A DNA stretch of 64,000 nucleotides, taken from the NCBI RefSeq assembly GCF_009914755.1, contig NC_060926.1. One strand, written 5' to 3'. Positions 1 to 12,075 of the stretch are shown in pieces. The translations under genes and the position numbers were made by a program. The stretch is from the human T2T-CHM13v2.0 reference genome, Homo sapiens. Every line of letters begins with the position of its first letter. Position 1 is the stretch's first letter. The notes beneath the pieces are model-generated. The model ran no database searches. It saw only the letters and a program-made list of their open reading frames with translations, and was not told the origin of the DNA.

Positions 1-445
1 GGAATGGAATGGAATGGAATGGAATGGAATGGAATCTACCTGTGTGCAATGGAATGGAATGGAATGGAATGGAAAGGAGTGGAATTGTATGGAATCAACC
101 CGAGTGGAAAGGAATGGAATAGAAGGAAATGGAATGGAATGGAATGGAATCAACCCGAGTTGAAAGGAATGGAATGCAATGGAATGGAAGGGAGTGGAAT
201 GGAATTTTATCATCACGAGTGGAATGGAATGGAATGGAAGAAAGGAAATGCAATGGAATGGAATCAACCCGAGTGGAATGGAATGGAATAGAATGGAATG
301 GAATGCAACGGAATGGAATGAAATGGAATGGAATGCAATAGAATGGAATGGAATGGAATGGAATCAACACGAATGGAATGGAATGGAATGGAATGGAATG
401 GAATGGAATGGAATGGAATGGAATGGAATGGGATGGAATGGAATG
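1..445 (+). repeat. Human satellite III-type (GGAAT)n array, end of array
   Basis: Tandem GGAAT pentamers with interspersed CAACCCGAGT decamers typical of HSat3; ends abruptly near 445. Confidence 0.95.
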
Positions 446-555
446 AGGGAATGTCATTGAGCAATGAAGGAATGTCATCCTTACCCAGATGCCAGCCACC
501 TATCTCACATCCAGGACAGAGTCTCCATCTCCCCTCCAGCAAATATGCATGTATG

Positions 556-697
556 TGGGCATGGTGGCACGCCCCTGTGATCCCAGCTACTCCATAGGCT
601 GAGGTGGGAGAATCGCTTGTGCTTGAGAATTCAAGTTTTCAATGAGCCATGATCACACCACTGCACTTCATGTTGGGTAACCGAGTGAGACCCTGTG
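556..697 (+). mobile_element. Old Alu right-monomer/FRAM-like fragment
   Basis: GGGCATGGTGGCACGCCCCTGTGATCCCAGCTACTC...GAGTGAGACCCTG. Confidence 0.75.
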
Positions 698-2337
698 ATT
701 TTTCCCCTACATTTTACAGAATTTTTTTTTTTTTTTGCCTCTTCCTTCCATTAATTTGCGTTTTGTCCGTTCATTTTCTGCAAACCTTTAGAGGGCAAAT
801 GAGAAGTTTCCCTTTTTCTCTCTAAATGAGTAAGTTCCTCAAAATTTGGGCCCCTGAATAGGCAACAGGAGGGTGTGTGCAGGGGCTCCGCCACAGTGAT
901 TTGACCACTCCCAGTCAGGCATCAGTAATACTCCCCAGAACCCCAGGCTGAAGCCCACTGATGCTGATGTAGTTCAATCCACTTCCTCTGCTACTGCACC
1001 AGGCTGATATGCCTTGGCCCCTGTTAAAGGTGTGAGATATAATGGGTGCAAATCTGTGTTCAGTTTTATCCAAATCCAAGTGCTTTCCTACTTTTTCAAC
1101 TTCCCTGTTTTTCTATTTAACACTTATTGCTCACTCCGTAAGACAGTAGAGACGGCATTCTCCTCTAGTTATCCTCAGGGAGAGCTGGCTGAGGACAATT
1201 AGTAACACCTTGGTTGTGAATGCCAAATAGATTTTGTAATTTCATGTCAGATGCAAGATCCTAATAGTAAAATTATTTTATTACAATTGTCTCTCGCTGA
1301 TAGAAAAAGGGAGTAATTGAAATTCCAAAAGTTGGTTTTAAAAGTAAAAAGCAAATCCTGAAAGATGTAGTATCCTAAAGATGTAGTATTTTCCATGAAT
1401 CACTGGGAAAGTAAAGGATGATAAAAACCTTTTTGTTCCCCATAGTGCAGAATTCAACACTGGACAGACTGCAGGAATGGGAGCATTCGGGGAATACAGG
1501 AGAGGTCAGTTATTGTTTAACTAAACTGCCTTGGGTTATGGTGGGTGGGATGCGGTTGGTGGTGGTGATGGCAGTTGATGTGGACCCACAAAGGAGCCAA
1601 ATATGATACTTGTGAAGAACCACAGAGTTGAAGGCTCTGCTGCCTGGCTTCCTGGGTGGAGCCTGTGCCACTGGAAGTCTCACAGGAAAGTAAAGTCGTG
1701 AGTAGTGCTTTAGGTGTGTAATCACCAAAGATTTAGTGAAGTCCCTGTGCAAGGAGACCTGAGGTAATGTCACTCAGTCCTAAGTCAAATCCCAACAGCA
1801 AAGCAGAGCTTCTGAAACTCATTCTGCCCCTAGAGGAGGTTTAGCAGAGACCACTGGTTCGGTCTGGAGATGTCACAACCACTGACATGCAGAGCACAAG
1901 GCCAGGCAGGGTCTACACTTGCAGGGGATCAGTGTGGTTCGAGGTCAATGTGCACGATTCAGACATGTATTCAGGATGCTCTGTGCATCTTTGGGGATTT
2001 GGAAGAACATGCTGAGTCCGTGGGAGTTTTATGTTCTTCTAGCCCATCTCCTACAGCCTGCCTGATGATTCAGACCTCAGCAAATGCCCTACGGAGGACA
2101 CGGGCCATGTATAGAGGCTGCTCTGTGCAACTCCTGATGGTCAATCTGATTCTCCTTTCTGAGGAGAGTTCCTCTGCTTGTGCCAAGAGAGAGACTGTGT
2201 CCACATGCAAACTTGGCAGATATGGCAGGAGGACAAAGAGTCAGGCCAGCATCAGCTAAACTAGAAGGGATGCTTTTCACTTTGGAATTTTAGGTCACTT
2301 AGTTCTCATTTCTTCTACTGTTCTCTGATGTTATTAA

Positions 2338-2885
<548 letters not shown>

Positions 2886-3430
2886 TGCATGGTGTCACTT
2901 AAAATAATTCTTCAGAAATATTTATGAACGAATCATGGGCAAATCAGTTCCATTTCATGAGGTGATATAATCAACACATAGAAGTGTTTGCACCCATAGG
3001 ACAAAATACCTTTGTTTCTGGTTAAAATAATCAAACCCATCAGAAATGATTGTCTATTCTAGGATGATCCACACCATGGTAAGTGAAGTTAAAACAGTAT
3101 TCCCCAGGAGAAAAATCAAAAAATAAATAAATAATGAAGGCATGGTATATAGAAAGAATCTGTCACACATACAAAGATAGACAAGTCTTCAGAGGACTTT
3201 TCTACACATATTCATGAGTGAGAACACACATCCAACCAAAAATACGTTGATTTCACTTCCACAATCAGCAGTGTGGAGACTAAAGATAGTACAATTAAAA
3301 TTACATTCTTAACCCAAAAGTCCAAAAACAAAGAATAGATAGTTTACAGAAAAGAGTTTGTAAAGCACAGAATGACAGGTCTACAGAAGGTATTCACAAG
3401 TGAGAAAACACATCTAACCAAAATTCTAGG

Positions 3431-3539
3431 GATTTCACCATCACAAACACCACTTTGGAGCCTGGAAATGCTGCACAGCCTCCTGTGAGCAGGACACTCA
3501 CCGGGTCCCTGAACAGTGTGATGGCCCCAAACACAAACC
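3431..3539 (+). pseudogene. Relic Vkappa 3' end (FR3/CDR3 remnant) with 12-spacer RSS
   Basis: GAT TTC ACC ATC ACA AAC ACC ACT TTG GAG CCT GGA AAT GCT GCA = DFTITNTTLEPGNAA, then TGT GAG CAG (C-E-Q); AACAGTG (3512-3518) + 12 nt + ACACAAACC (3531-3539). Confidence 0.75.
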
Positions 3540-6500
3540 TCAAAGTAAGTTCAGCCTCTCAGTGTGGCAGGAGCAGGTGCGGTGCCAGGGGATGTGTCTC
3601 CAGCAGTTGGAGTCAGGTGGGCTCAGGGAGATGACTGGAAAGCCTTTGAGGAAGGAAGAGGCCATGAGGCCTTAGTCATAGGCACAGGCTCCTCTTCTGT
3701 GTGAACAGGGCCAGGGTCCTCCAGGACACCTTCCAAAGCCTCCTCTTTCCTCCACATGTAGGGCGCTGAAGCCCCACCAACCCTCCAGGGTTTGCTGCCA
3801 CATCATCCCTGGAGCAGCCCCTAAGGTTCCCTGCTGTTCTCATGGCTGTAGGGATGCTCAGTCATGTCACTGTAAGGGAACCCTAGTGTGTCCTGTCCTC
3901 ACCTGCTGCCACTGATGACCTTCATAGCGAGTCTCCATGCCTTTGCCAAGTGACCCCACTCTCACCAACCATCAGGAGGCTGGAAAATGGCCTGCACTCC
4001 ATGATGTTCGGCTTATGAGTAAGTCAGGGCTCAGGGCAGTCTCATGTTTGTGCAGCTCATAATAATATCACACAGGAATCCTATTTTGACTTTCCCTGAC
4101 TCCTCATTCTCTCTGAGCAGTAACTCACTCTGCTCGTCCACTCTAAGACTTTCTTCTTGTGCAGCTGCTAATGGTGTTTTCATTTGGAGACTGATATGAC
4201 TGTATTGGTGGAATACTAGATGTGTGCTTGTCACATCCTCACATTTCTAAGAATAAAAGACCCTTCTTTTGAGTGGCATTTATTCTTTTTTTCCTAGTTT
4301 GTCAGGATTACATTTCCAGTGATTGATGTGAAAACTTCTTTGCTAAAACACATTCATAATGCTATAAATTAACTGCATTTTTTTGAATCTCATAAATTTG
4401 GATATGTGATGTTTACTTTCAGATCCAAGTACTTTTTAATTTCCCTTTTTGTTGCTTCTTTGCCCCAAACTACATATAGTGGTACTTTACATATTTTCCA
4501 AATATTTAGATTCTTTTTGGCAAATTTTTAAAAAATTAAATTTAGAATTTCAGTGGCTTTATTGGTAAGAGTTGTTTTTGGTTACACTGATGAATTGTAT
4601 AGTAGTGAACTCTGGGCTTTAGCTACCCATCACCCGAACAGTGTACCTTGTGCCCAATAGGTAATTTTTCATTCCTCCTCCTTCTCCCACCAACCCCATT
4701 CTGATAACTTTCTGTTTCTGATTTCTAATACAATCCCCTCAGTTATGAATAATTTATTTTTTTGATTTAATCAGCTTGGTTTTTTTGAAATATCTTGTTG
4801 CCCAAAATATAGTGTATCATTAGCCAATGTTTTGAAAGACCATGGAATCTGCTGTGGTTTGGTGGAGTGTTCTCTAAGTATCAGCCTTGTCCAGATGGTT
4901 GATAGCATTGTTGAAGTCGTTTGCATCCGCAGTGGCCCAAGAGGCTGGGCCGTTTGCACTTCAACCTGGATCTGCTGCAGAGCCCTTTTCTATCCTGAGT
5001 CCCACTCACGACTGGCTGACTTTCATGTCACCTGCTGGGCCAAACCTGTATTCCAAGGGGTAGAATATGTAGCCTCCAGAAACCAAAGAAGTCCTATTTG
5101 TGGCTTCCTTCTTTGAAAGACAAAGACACATATTAACAACACTGGAATAAAATAAATATTCCTGTAATCCTGAACTCTGATTCACTCCGTCTTTATGTTA
5201 CACACATTACAAAGGCCTTATTAATGGGGACACCATTTAGTGGCATTTGATGGCAGCAGTAGAGACGAATGCCCAGATTCAAGGTGCAGGGCAATACCAG
5301 CCAGGGGAAATCAGCCTCTCAACCACAGCCACAATATGACTAGGCAGCCACAAAGAGTTCCCAAGTAATTTTCTGATCATTGACCCGGTCGTGGTGCAGT
5401 ATCTGGACTTGCTCTCTAATGAGGAAAATTTAATGTTGTGATGTCCTTGATTCTACTGCACCAACATTCATCTGGTCTGTTTGTCTGTCAGCCACTCACA
5501 AGGACACTCAAGTCAAATTCTCTAAATATATAATTGTCTTCCTTCAAATTCTAGAGAAAAGGTTGATTTTAGATTTGCCTAGCAAATTAAATATTTTAAT
5601 GCTATTAATAGGATCATTTAAATGGTATCCTTCTCTTAGTCTCTCTGCAAAGGTTAACCTGGGGCAAATTTCATAATAGGTTTTTCTTTATTTTCATTTT
5701 CCTCTATAATTTCTGAGTAAGATGACCTACTCTGAGAAAACCTATGAAGTTAGTTTTAACCCAAAACAAAATCATTATTTTGAAATTTAATACCATCACA
5801 AGCCAGAGACAAAAGATATTACTCTTGCTTTATGGCTTATTAGGACTATTAATGACTAGTAAGTATTTGCTTTAATCTTCCATAAGTCAATAGGTTTCTT
5901 CCTTTTATTTTGCCTTATACAAATAATTGTATAATAGTTTTCCTGTTATAACAGATTTGTGTACCTTCTTATTTTCAGTATTAATTTTTGCCTAGGACTG
6001 CTAGGATTCCAGAATACAAAAGAAACCATTTTCTAGGTTGAGGATGTTTCTAATTTACTAAGGTAAGACTATTTACTATGAGTAAGATCCAGCTAAATCA
6101 GTAGCTAGCAGGAAATTATGCCTCTAGTCCTCTGTTAAACATGATAGTTTTATTCTTGACTGCTCCTGGGAAGTCAGAATTTATTTCATTTTATTACTGA
6201 TGCTTCATTTTTTTTTTTTTTTGCTGGTAGATATTTTAGAAGAGTTAATATCTAGAAGTATTCCAACATAAGGGCAACTGGCTCTTCACAGAGCATTTAC
6301 ACTTGGGTGATCCTTAGCTCCTGCCCAAGAATCACCAAGTTATAATGAAGTTCACTGCTGTGATGTGAAGCTGCTGCTTCCAGAAGGGCAGAGTCACTAT
6401 TTCCAGTTGTCAATGCAGAGGCTGTATTATTATTATTAATTATTAATAGTATTATTATAAGACAAGAAATGAGCACTAAATGCTTTATTCAGCTCTTGTC

Positions 6501-6742
6501 TGTTTCCTTTTCTGTACTTTTGATTTTTGCTAACAGGAGGTGAAAAGAAGCAGTTAAAGGAAAAATTCAGCTGTCTTTAGAACTCAGTTTGATTGATTTG
6601 AACCATAATTTTTCTCTAGAGTCTTAAACATTATAAATTATAATTTATATAAACATTTGCTTGATTCTTAAAATTGTTTAACATGAAAAAAACGATGTGA
6701 GAACTCACAAATTCTATTTTCATTTTTTCTACAGGTAAACTA

Positions 6743-6873
6743 TCTTATCTAAGTTACAAGTAAATAAGTTATTGCACTTTGTTTTCTTGTTATATTCATT
6801 GAAGTTCTTATCTAAGTTACAAGAAATAAGTTATTCCACTTTATTTTCTTGTTATATTCATAGAAGTTCTTAT
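6743..6873. repeat. Tandem duplication, ~63-bp unit x2
   Basis: tcttatctaagttacaag..ttatattca(t/a)gaagt starts at 6743 and again at 6806. Confidence 0.85.
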
Positions 6874-9800
6874 ATCAACTGCAGCTTCTACTACAGTTTA
6901 AATGGCTAGAATCCCCAATTTAGTCTCTAAAAACTTCTTGGGATCTTCATTTCCCATCTCTCAAGTAAACCAGGTTTTACTATAAGGCCTCAAGGCTAAC
7001 TTCACATTCAAAGAGTAGAAAAATTATACTAACTTCTCAGGCAAGCTATGGTTTTATAGAGTTTTACTTTTGAGGACGGAGACCCCTTTCTTCAAGGATG
7101 TGAATTCGAGGGGAACTTATGAGACACAGAATGCTCAGGAAGAAAACAGACTCATAACTTCACTTTGTGCAGTTGGTGGGTGTGGTGGATTCTCCAGAGA
7201 TATTAACAAGCACAGAGGAGAAGCCCACCACTTAATCCCACAGCTGTGTGGATAGTTTCATAGGATTTCTGAAAACCTTTTCCAAGAAAAAGTAGAGACC
7301 AGAATTGAAACATTTGGAAACAGGTTCAGATGAGACAGATCTAGAACAGGGTCCGAAGATTCAGAAAAGTCTGATATGGAAACAATGCTGTTTCTTTCAA
7401 TGTTTGGAGAGAGAGATTCTCAGAAGCAGAAGACACACATTCAAGGAGCCTACATTCCCTGTGCTCTCTCCCTGTGTTCCAGAATATTTATCCATGAATC
7501 TCTGTTCCAGCGAGGGACAATTTCAGTTAGTGAGACAACGCAGACGGCTTCATTCCCAGGTGCCTGGGAGCCAGGAATCCATTCACAGGACCTGTAGCTT
7601 CACAGATGGAAGCTCCATTTGTGGGTGACTTGGTCTTAATTCTCATCTAAGGACAAACTCTCACCTTTAATTTAAAGAAGGTTCATTGATGCTCAGGTAG
7701 GGAACAGGCCTCTGTGTGTCTCAGCCTCATCCATAACAGTGTGGGTTTGCACTGTCTGGACTAATACAGTCTGTAGAACAAAGTCTACACGATGTGCAAC
7801 AGGGATCTATAAATGAGAATGCTATGTTGTTTATTTCAAAACTGTGGGCTTATTTCTCAATGGCCTGTGCCAAACTCAAATTTTAAAACGTAATTGTTTT
7901 AAAAACCACAAAAATAAGAATAGTTTTAACCTTTTAGAAAATACTTAATCTACATATCCAGAAAGCCTGACCCACATCTGCTAGCAGTAGGTAAGACAAG
8001 CCCCGGTTTATGAAAACCTTAAACTTAATACTGGTCTCTGTAGCTCTCTGACACAGAAACTCCCCACTGTGCTGCTGTGTGGCATCCCCTAAATGCATAT
8101 CCCTTCTACAGTGTCCTGCACATTTTGAGAAACAACCCTGGCACCTGATTCTCTGGACTACCACCTGCTGTGAGGGACTTCTTGCTGTAAACCTGTCAAA
8201 GCTTCACCCAATAGACTAGGTCACATGTGCTACTGCTGTCTGTGGTCATCTGTTTTTCCTTGGTCAGCCAACAAATCCCTCAACCCCCCTACAAACAGGA
8301 TCACAGTGTCCACCCCATAAACACTGATTCCCGGTAATGAACACAAACAATTCCACTTCCAAGACTCTCTTCTCAAGTCATATGAGTAATACAGTTCTTT
8401 TCAATTACATGGATCCCAAACTAACCAATCAGGAAAAGGAGACACAGCCACACTAAACCCTGCCTGTAGAAATCCTCCCTCATTCAGATGACCATGATTC
8501 AGATGAGAGACACATAGAGGCCTGCTCCCACCCTGGTTCAAATGTAGGTTGCTCTTCCATCTTGTCTGTGTCCACTGTAGAGTGACCAGCTTTGTCTGCT
8601 GCTGTGAAAGCCCTGGTAGGATGCATCAACAGATAAGAGAGGGAGGATTCTGGTTAGAATTAGTAATAGTGTTCTTTAAGTCTACAGTTTAAATCGGGTA
8701 ATTTCAAAGGCTTTTTCTGACTAAAAAAGGATTTGTCCAAGTTTTTACATTTTCCAGATATGTAAGGCGACAAATCATGAGATTTTTGTTAAAAATCCCA
8801 GGGGTAGTCTTTTTAATGGTTCATTCATTCTCATAGAAAACAGCAATGCTCTCCTAAATTCAAGCAATCTAAATACTTTGTGAAAATAACATTTTCAAGA
8901 ATTGGCTTACAGTAAAAGAAAACAGGGCAATTTTTTTTACTGTTAATCACTTTCCTGCAATTCAAATCTTTGCATTAGATAATGGATAAAACTGATTATT
9001 GATTTAACACCCTTTCAGAATAATTATTTAAAACTAACAATAAAATGGACCATTTTGTTCTATTTTAGTTAGGCTGTTTATGTCTCCTTCTTCCATTCCT
9101 TCAGCTTCAGATGTTTCTGACTTTTTTTCACTACCATGGTTAAGAGTCTGACCTTTTCAACACTAAGAAGCAGATCAGAATTTGCTGACATCATCAGAAA
9201 AAAAGTCGGGTACCCAAAATTTGCAACATGTAATAAGAGAAAAGAATAAATAAAATTTTAACAGTGAAATATGAGACTTTTATTTCAATACCTCCTCGTA
9301 GCTACTGTTTAATATCATCAGCCCATATTATTGTCATGGAGTTCAACATTTGAAGGTCAATATCATTTTTAATCAAGTATGTTTTCCGATCTTATTAAAA
9401 AATGATATTTTGGTAGATTTCCCAGAAGATATTCAGATCAAGCTTTCTTTGCAGTCTTACCTACAATGGCATTTATTTGTGTTCTTGGGCAATTAAGTAT
9501 GGCTTTGTGTTAAATTACCCAAGCTTACATCACACTACAAGCTAGTCCTTCATTGTTACTGGATTATTATTTTTTTTTCAGAAATGTGACTGTCCTTGTG
9601 AAACTATTTATTGTTGGCACCATTATTCAGGAGCTGTTCAATGGAATGTTAAGCACATCGATGACAAATAAAGAACAGTGTGGTTGTTTTTCTGTTTAAT
9701 GATCAGTTGTATGGTAGGTTCACATCCCTAAGCTGTGAGCATTTTTACATAAAGTCAAGAAAATATCAGTTACAAGTACAGGTTACCCAGAGATGTAAAA

Positions 9801-10079
9801 CTGTGAATGCAGTTCTTGCTCTTTATACACAGAGAATTTCCTTTGGATCTGTGGACTCGTGGCTGTGGCTGCACCACATCCAGGCTGGGGGAGACTCACG
9901 TCTCACTCAGAGTTGACGAGAACCTGGAAGCCCTGACAGGACCTGATTCCACATGACCAGGGAGACTGTGTGGGAAGAGCTTTTCTAATCATCACTTGAA
10001 AAAACATCATGCAAAGTTATTTCTTATTTGTTCTGTATCATTAATCTAGAAGATTCTTCCCTTAAGACAGAGTCCTCTG

Positions 10080-10233
10080 GGCCAGGCACAATGGCTCACA
10101 CCTGTAATCCCACTACCTTAGGGGCCAAGGCAGGCAGATCTCCTGAGGTCAGGAGTTCAAGACAAGCCCAGACAACTTGGTGAATGAAACCCCATCTCTA
10201 CTAAAAACAAAAACAGAAACAACAAAAAAGAAA
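10080..10233 (+). mobile_element. Alu left monomer (FLAM-like)
   Basis: GGCCAGGCACAATGGCTCACACCTGTAATCCC..., A-rich tail, TSD AGAG(T/C)CCTCTG. Confidence 0.85.
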
Positions 10234-10908
10234 GAGCCCTCTGGTTAACCTTGTATGTGTGAGACGATTATGATGAGATAGATCCCAGATTGAACAACTG
10301 GTCACCAGGAATTTTAAATTTGCTGCTGGAGGCACAAAATTTTGTCTCTCTTTCCTTTTTCTTACACTGGGCTCTTGGCTCTAAATGTAGAGGCTCACAT
10401 CATTCTCCCTGTGAGGCGCTTGGACAGAGAGCTCTTATGCTGTTCACTCACCAGGTGCCAAGGCAGAGTAGATTCTAATATTTGAGTTGAACATTCTTGA
10501 ACAGTTATCCTGGAAACAGTAGATACCAGACAGCCCTTGAACTGGCTCCAGGCCGCTTTTTATTTGCAGGCTCTCAGTTCAGCAGTGCTTGTGGGGATGG
10601 GCCTGTTTCATACTCTAGATTGACTGGGAGGGAATCAAGCCAGATGGCATTCACCTCCCAGAGATGTATCCTAGACACACATTTCCACATTGTCAGGGTT
10701 CTGGTGCTTTCTTACAGTCATGCCCTACACAGTGTGTCCCTACAAAAGGTCCGAACTTTCACCTTCAGATCCTTCTTCCCTTGATTGTGGGCAAACTTGG
10801 CTGAATCTAGTTCTGTTTTATTCCAAAGGACAATTTATATCACATTGTTCACAGAAGAGACATTCCCCCTGCCCCGTCAACCTTTTCCACACCACTGCAC
10901 CCACCAGG

Positions 10909-10962
10909 TGATTTGCATATTGTCCCCTAGGGTGGACCTTCCCTTGTGAGTCTGAGATAAAA
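10909..10962 (+). promoter_or_regulatory. Vkappa promoter: decamer/octamer and TATA-like box
   Basis: TGATTTGCAT 10909-10918 and GATAAAA 10956-10962, about 100 and 60 nt upstream of the leader ATG. Confidence 0.9.
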
Positions 10963-11017
10963 GCTCAGCTCTATCCTTGCCTTGACTGATCAGGACTCCT
11001 CAGTTCACCTTCTCACC

Positions 11018-11753
11018 ATGAGGCTCCCTGCTCAGCTCCTGGGGCTGCTAATGCTCTGGGTCCCTGGTAAGGACAGAAAGAGATGAGGGAGGACAACTGG
11101 GTGGGAGGTGAGCTCTGTGGGCTCCACAGCTTCACATGTTTATTCCAATAATGTGATAGAGGCACATGGTCTATGCTCCAGGGAATGGAATTCAGGTTTG
11201 TCTTATGAATAATCAGGATTCACCTCCAGGGAACGATGACCAGTGCTCTGATTAAGAACTTGAAAAAAAAGAGTTCCCTTGTGGCTAATAAATAATGGGT
11301 CTATTTTAGAAAGTCTACTTTTCATGATATAAATCAAAACTTTAAAAATGTAACTGTAAATTTATATCACAAGAGAAATTATGAAAGTTGCTCATAATGT
11401 ATCTATATAAACTTGCACTTCTCTGTTATTATTTCAGGATCCAGTGAGGATATTGTGATGACCCAGACTCCACTCTCCCTGCCCGTCACCCCTGGAGAGC
11501 CGGCCTCCATCTCCTGCAGGTCTAGTCAGAGCCTCTTGGATAGTGATGATGGAAACACCTATTTGGACTGGTACCTGCAGAAGCCAGGGCAGTCTCCACA
11601 GCTCCTGATCTATACGCTTTCCTATCGGGCCTCTGGAGTCCCAGACAGGTTCAGTGGCAGTGGGTCAGGCACTGATTTCACACTGAAAATCAGCAGGGTG
11701 GAGGCTGAGGATGTTGGAGTTTATTACTGCATGCAACGTATAGAGTTTCCTTC
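11018..11753 (+). CDS. IGKV2D-40: Immunoglobulin kappa V segment, subgroup 2 (IGKV2D-40 / IGKV2-40), germline; leader exon 11018-11066, V exon 11438-11753
   Basis: Leader [16 protein letters not shown]|GT; AG acceptor ends 11437; [42 protein letters not shown]...[10 protein letters not shown] with both Cys and Trp intact. Confidence 0.95.
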
Positions 11754-11781
11754 CACAGTGGTACAGCCCTGAACAGAAACC
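11754..11781 (+). other. 12-RSS of IGKV2(D)-40
   Basis: CACAGTG + GTACAGCCCTGA + ACAGAAACC. Confidence 0.97.
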
Positions 11782-11904
11782 TCCCTGCTGTGGTGCCCCA
11801 GCTGCTCACATGCACTGCTTGTCTGGGGAGCAGGTCAGCAGCGTCTCTGAGTCTGCAAAAGAGGAGGCTGTTGGAGAATACAGGGCAGGGTTTGCTTCTG
11901 AGGA

Positions 11905-12075
11905 CTCTGCCTGGGACTACAGGTGCATGCCACTAAACATGGCTAATTTTTCTATTTTTTTGTAGAGTCGGTGCTTCACCATGTTGCCCAGCCTGTTGTC
12001 AAAATCATGGGCTCAAGCCACCCACCTGACTTGGCCTCCCAACGTGCTGGCAGTACAGTGTGAGCCACTGTGGCA
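11905..12075 (-). mobile_element. Partial old Alu
   Basis: ctgggactacaggtgcatgccac...tcaccatgttgcccagcc...gtgagccactg. Confidence 0.75.

Noticed and set aside
4-597. Repetitive ORFs MEWNG.../HSIPF...
   Set aside because: Translations of the GGAAT satellite.
11413-11772. ORF-track start and end for the V genes (also 21931, 44155, 54927)
   Set aside because: Starts lie in the intron or mid-exon and ends run through the RSS. Real structure is leader exon + V exon, completed only after V-J joining.
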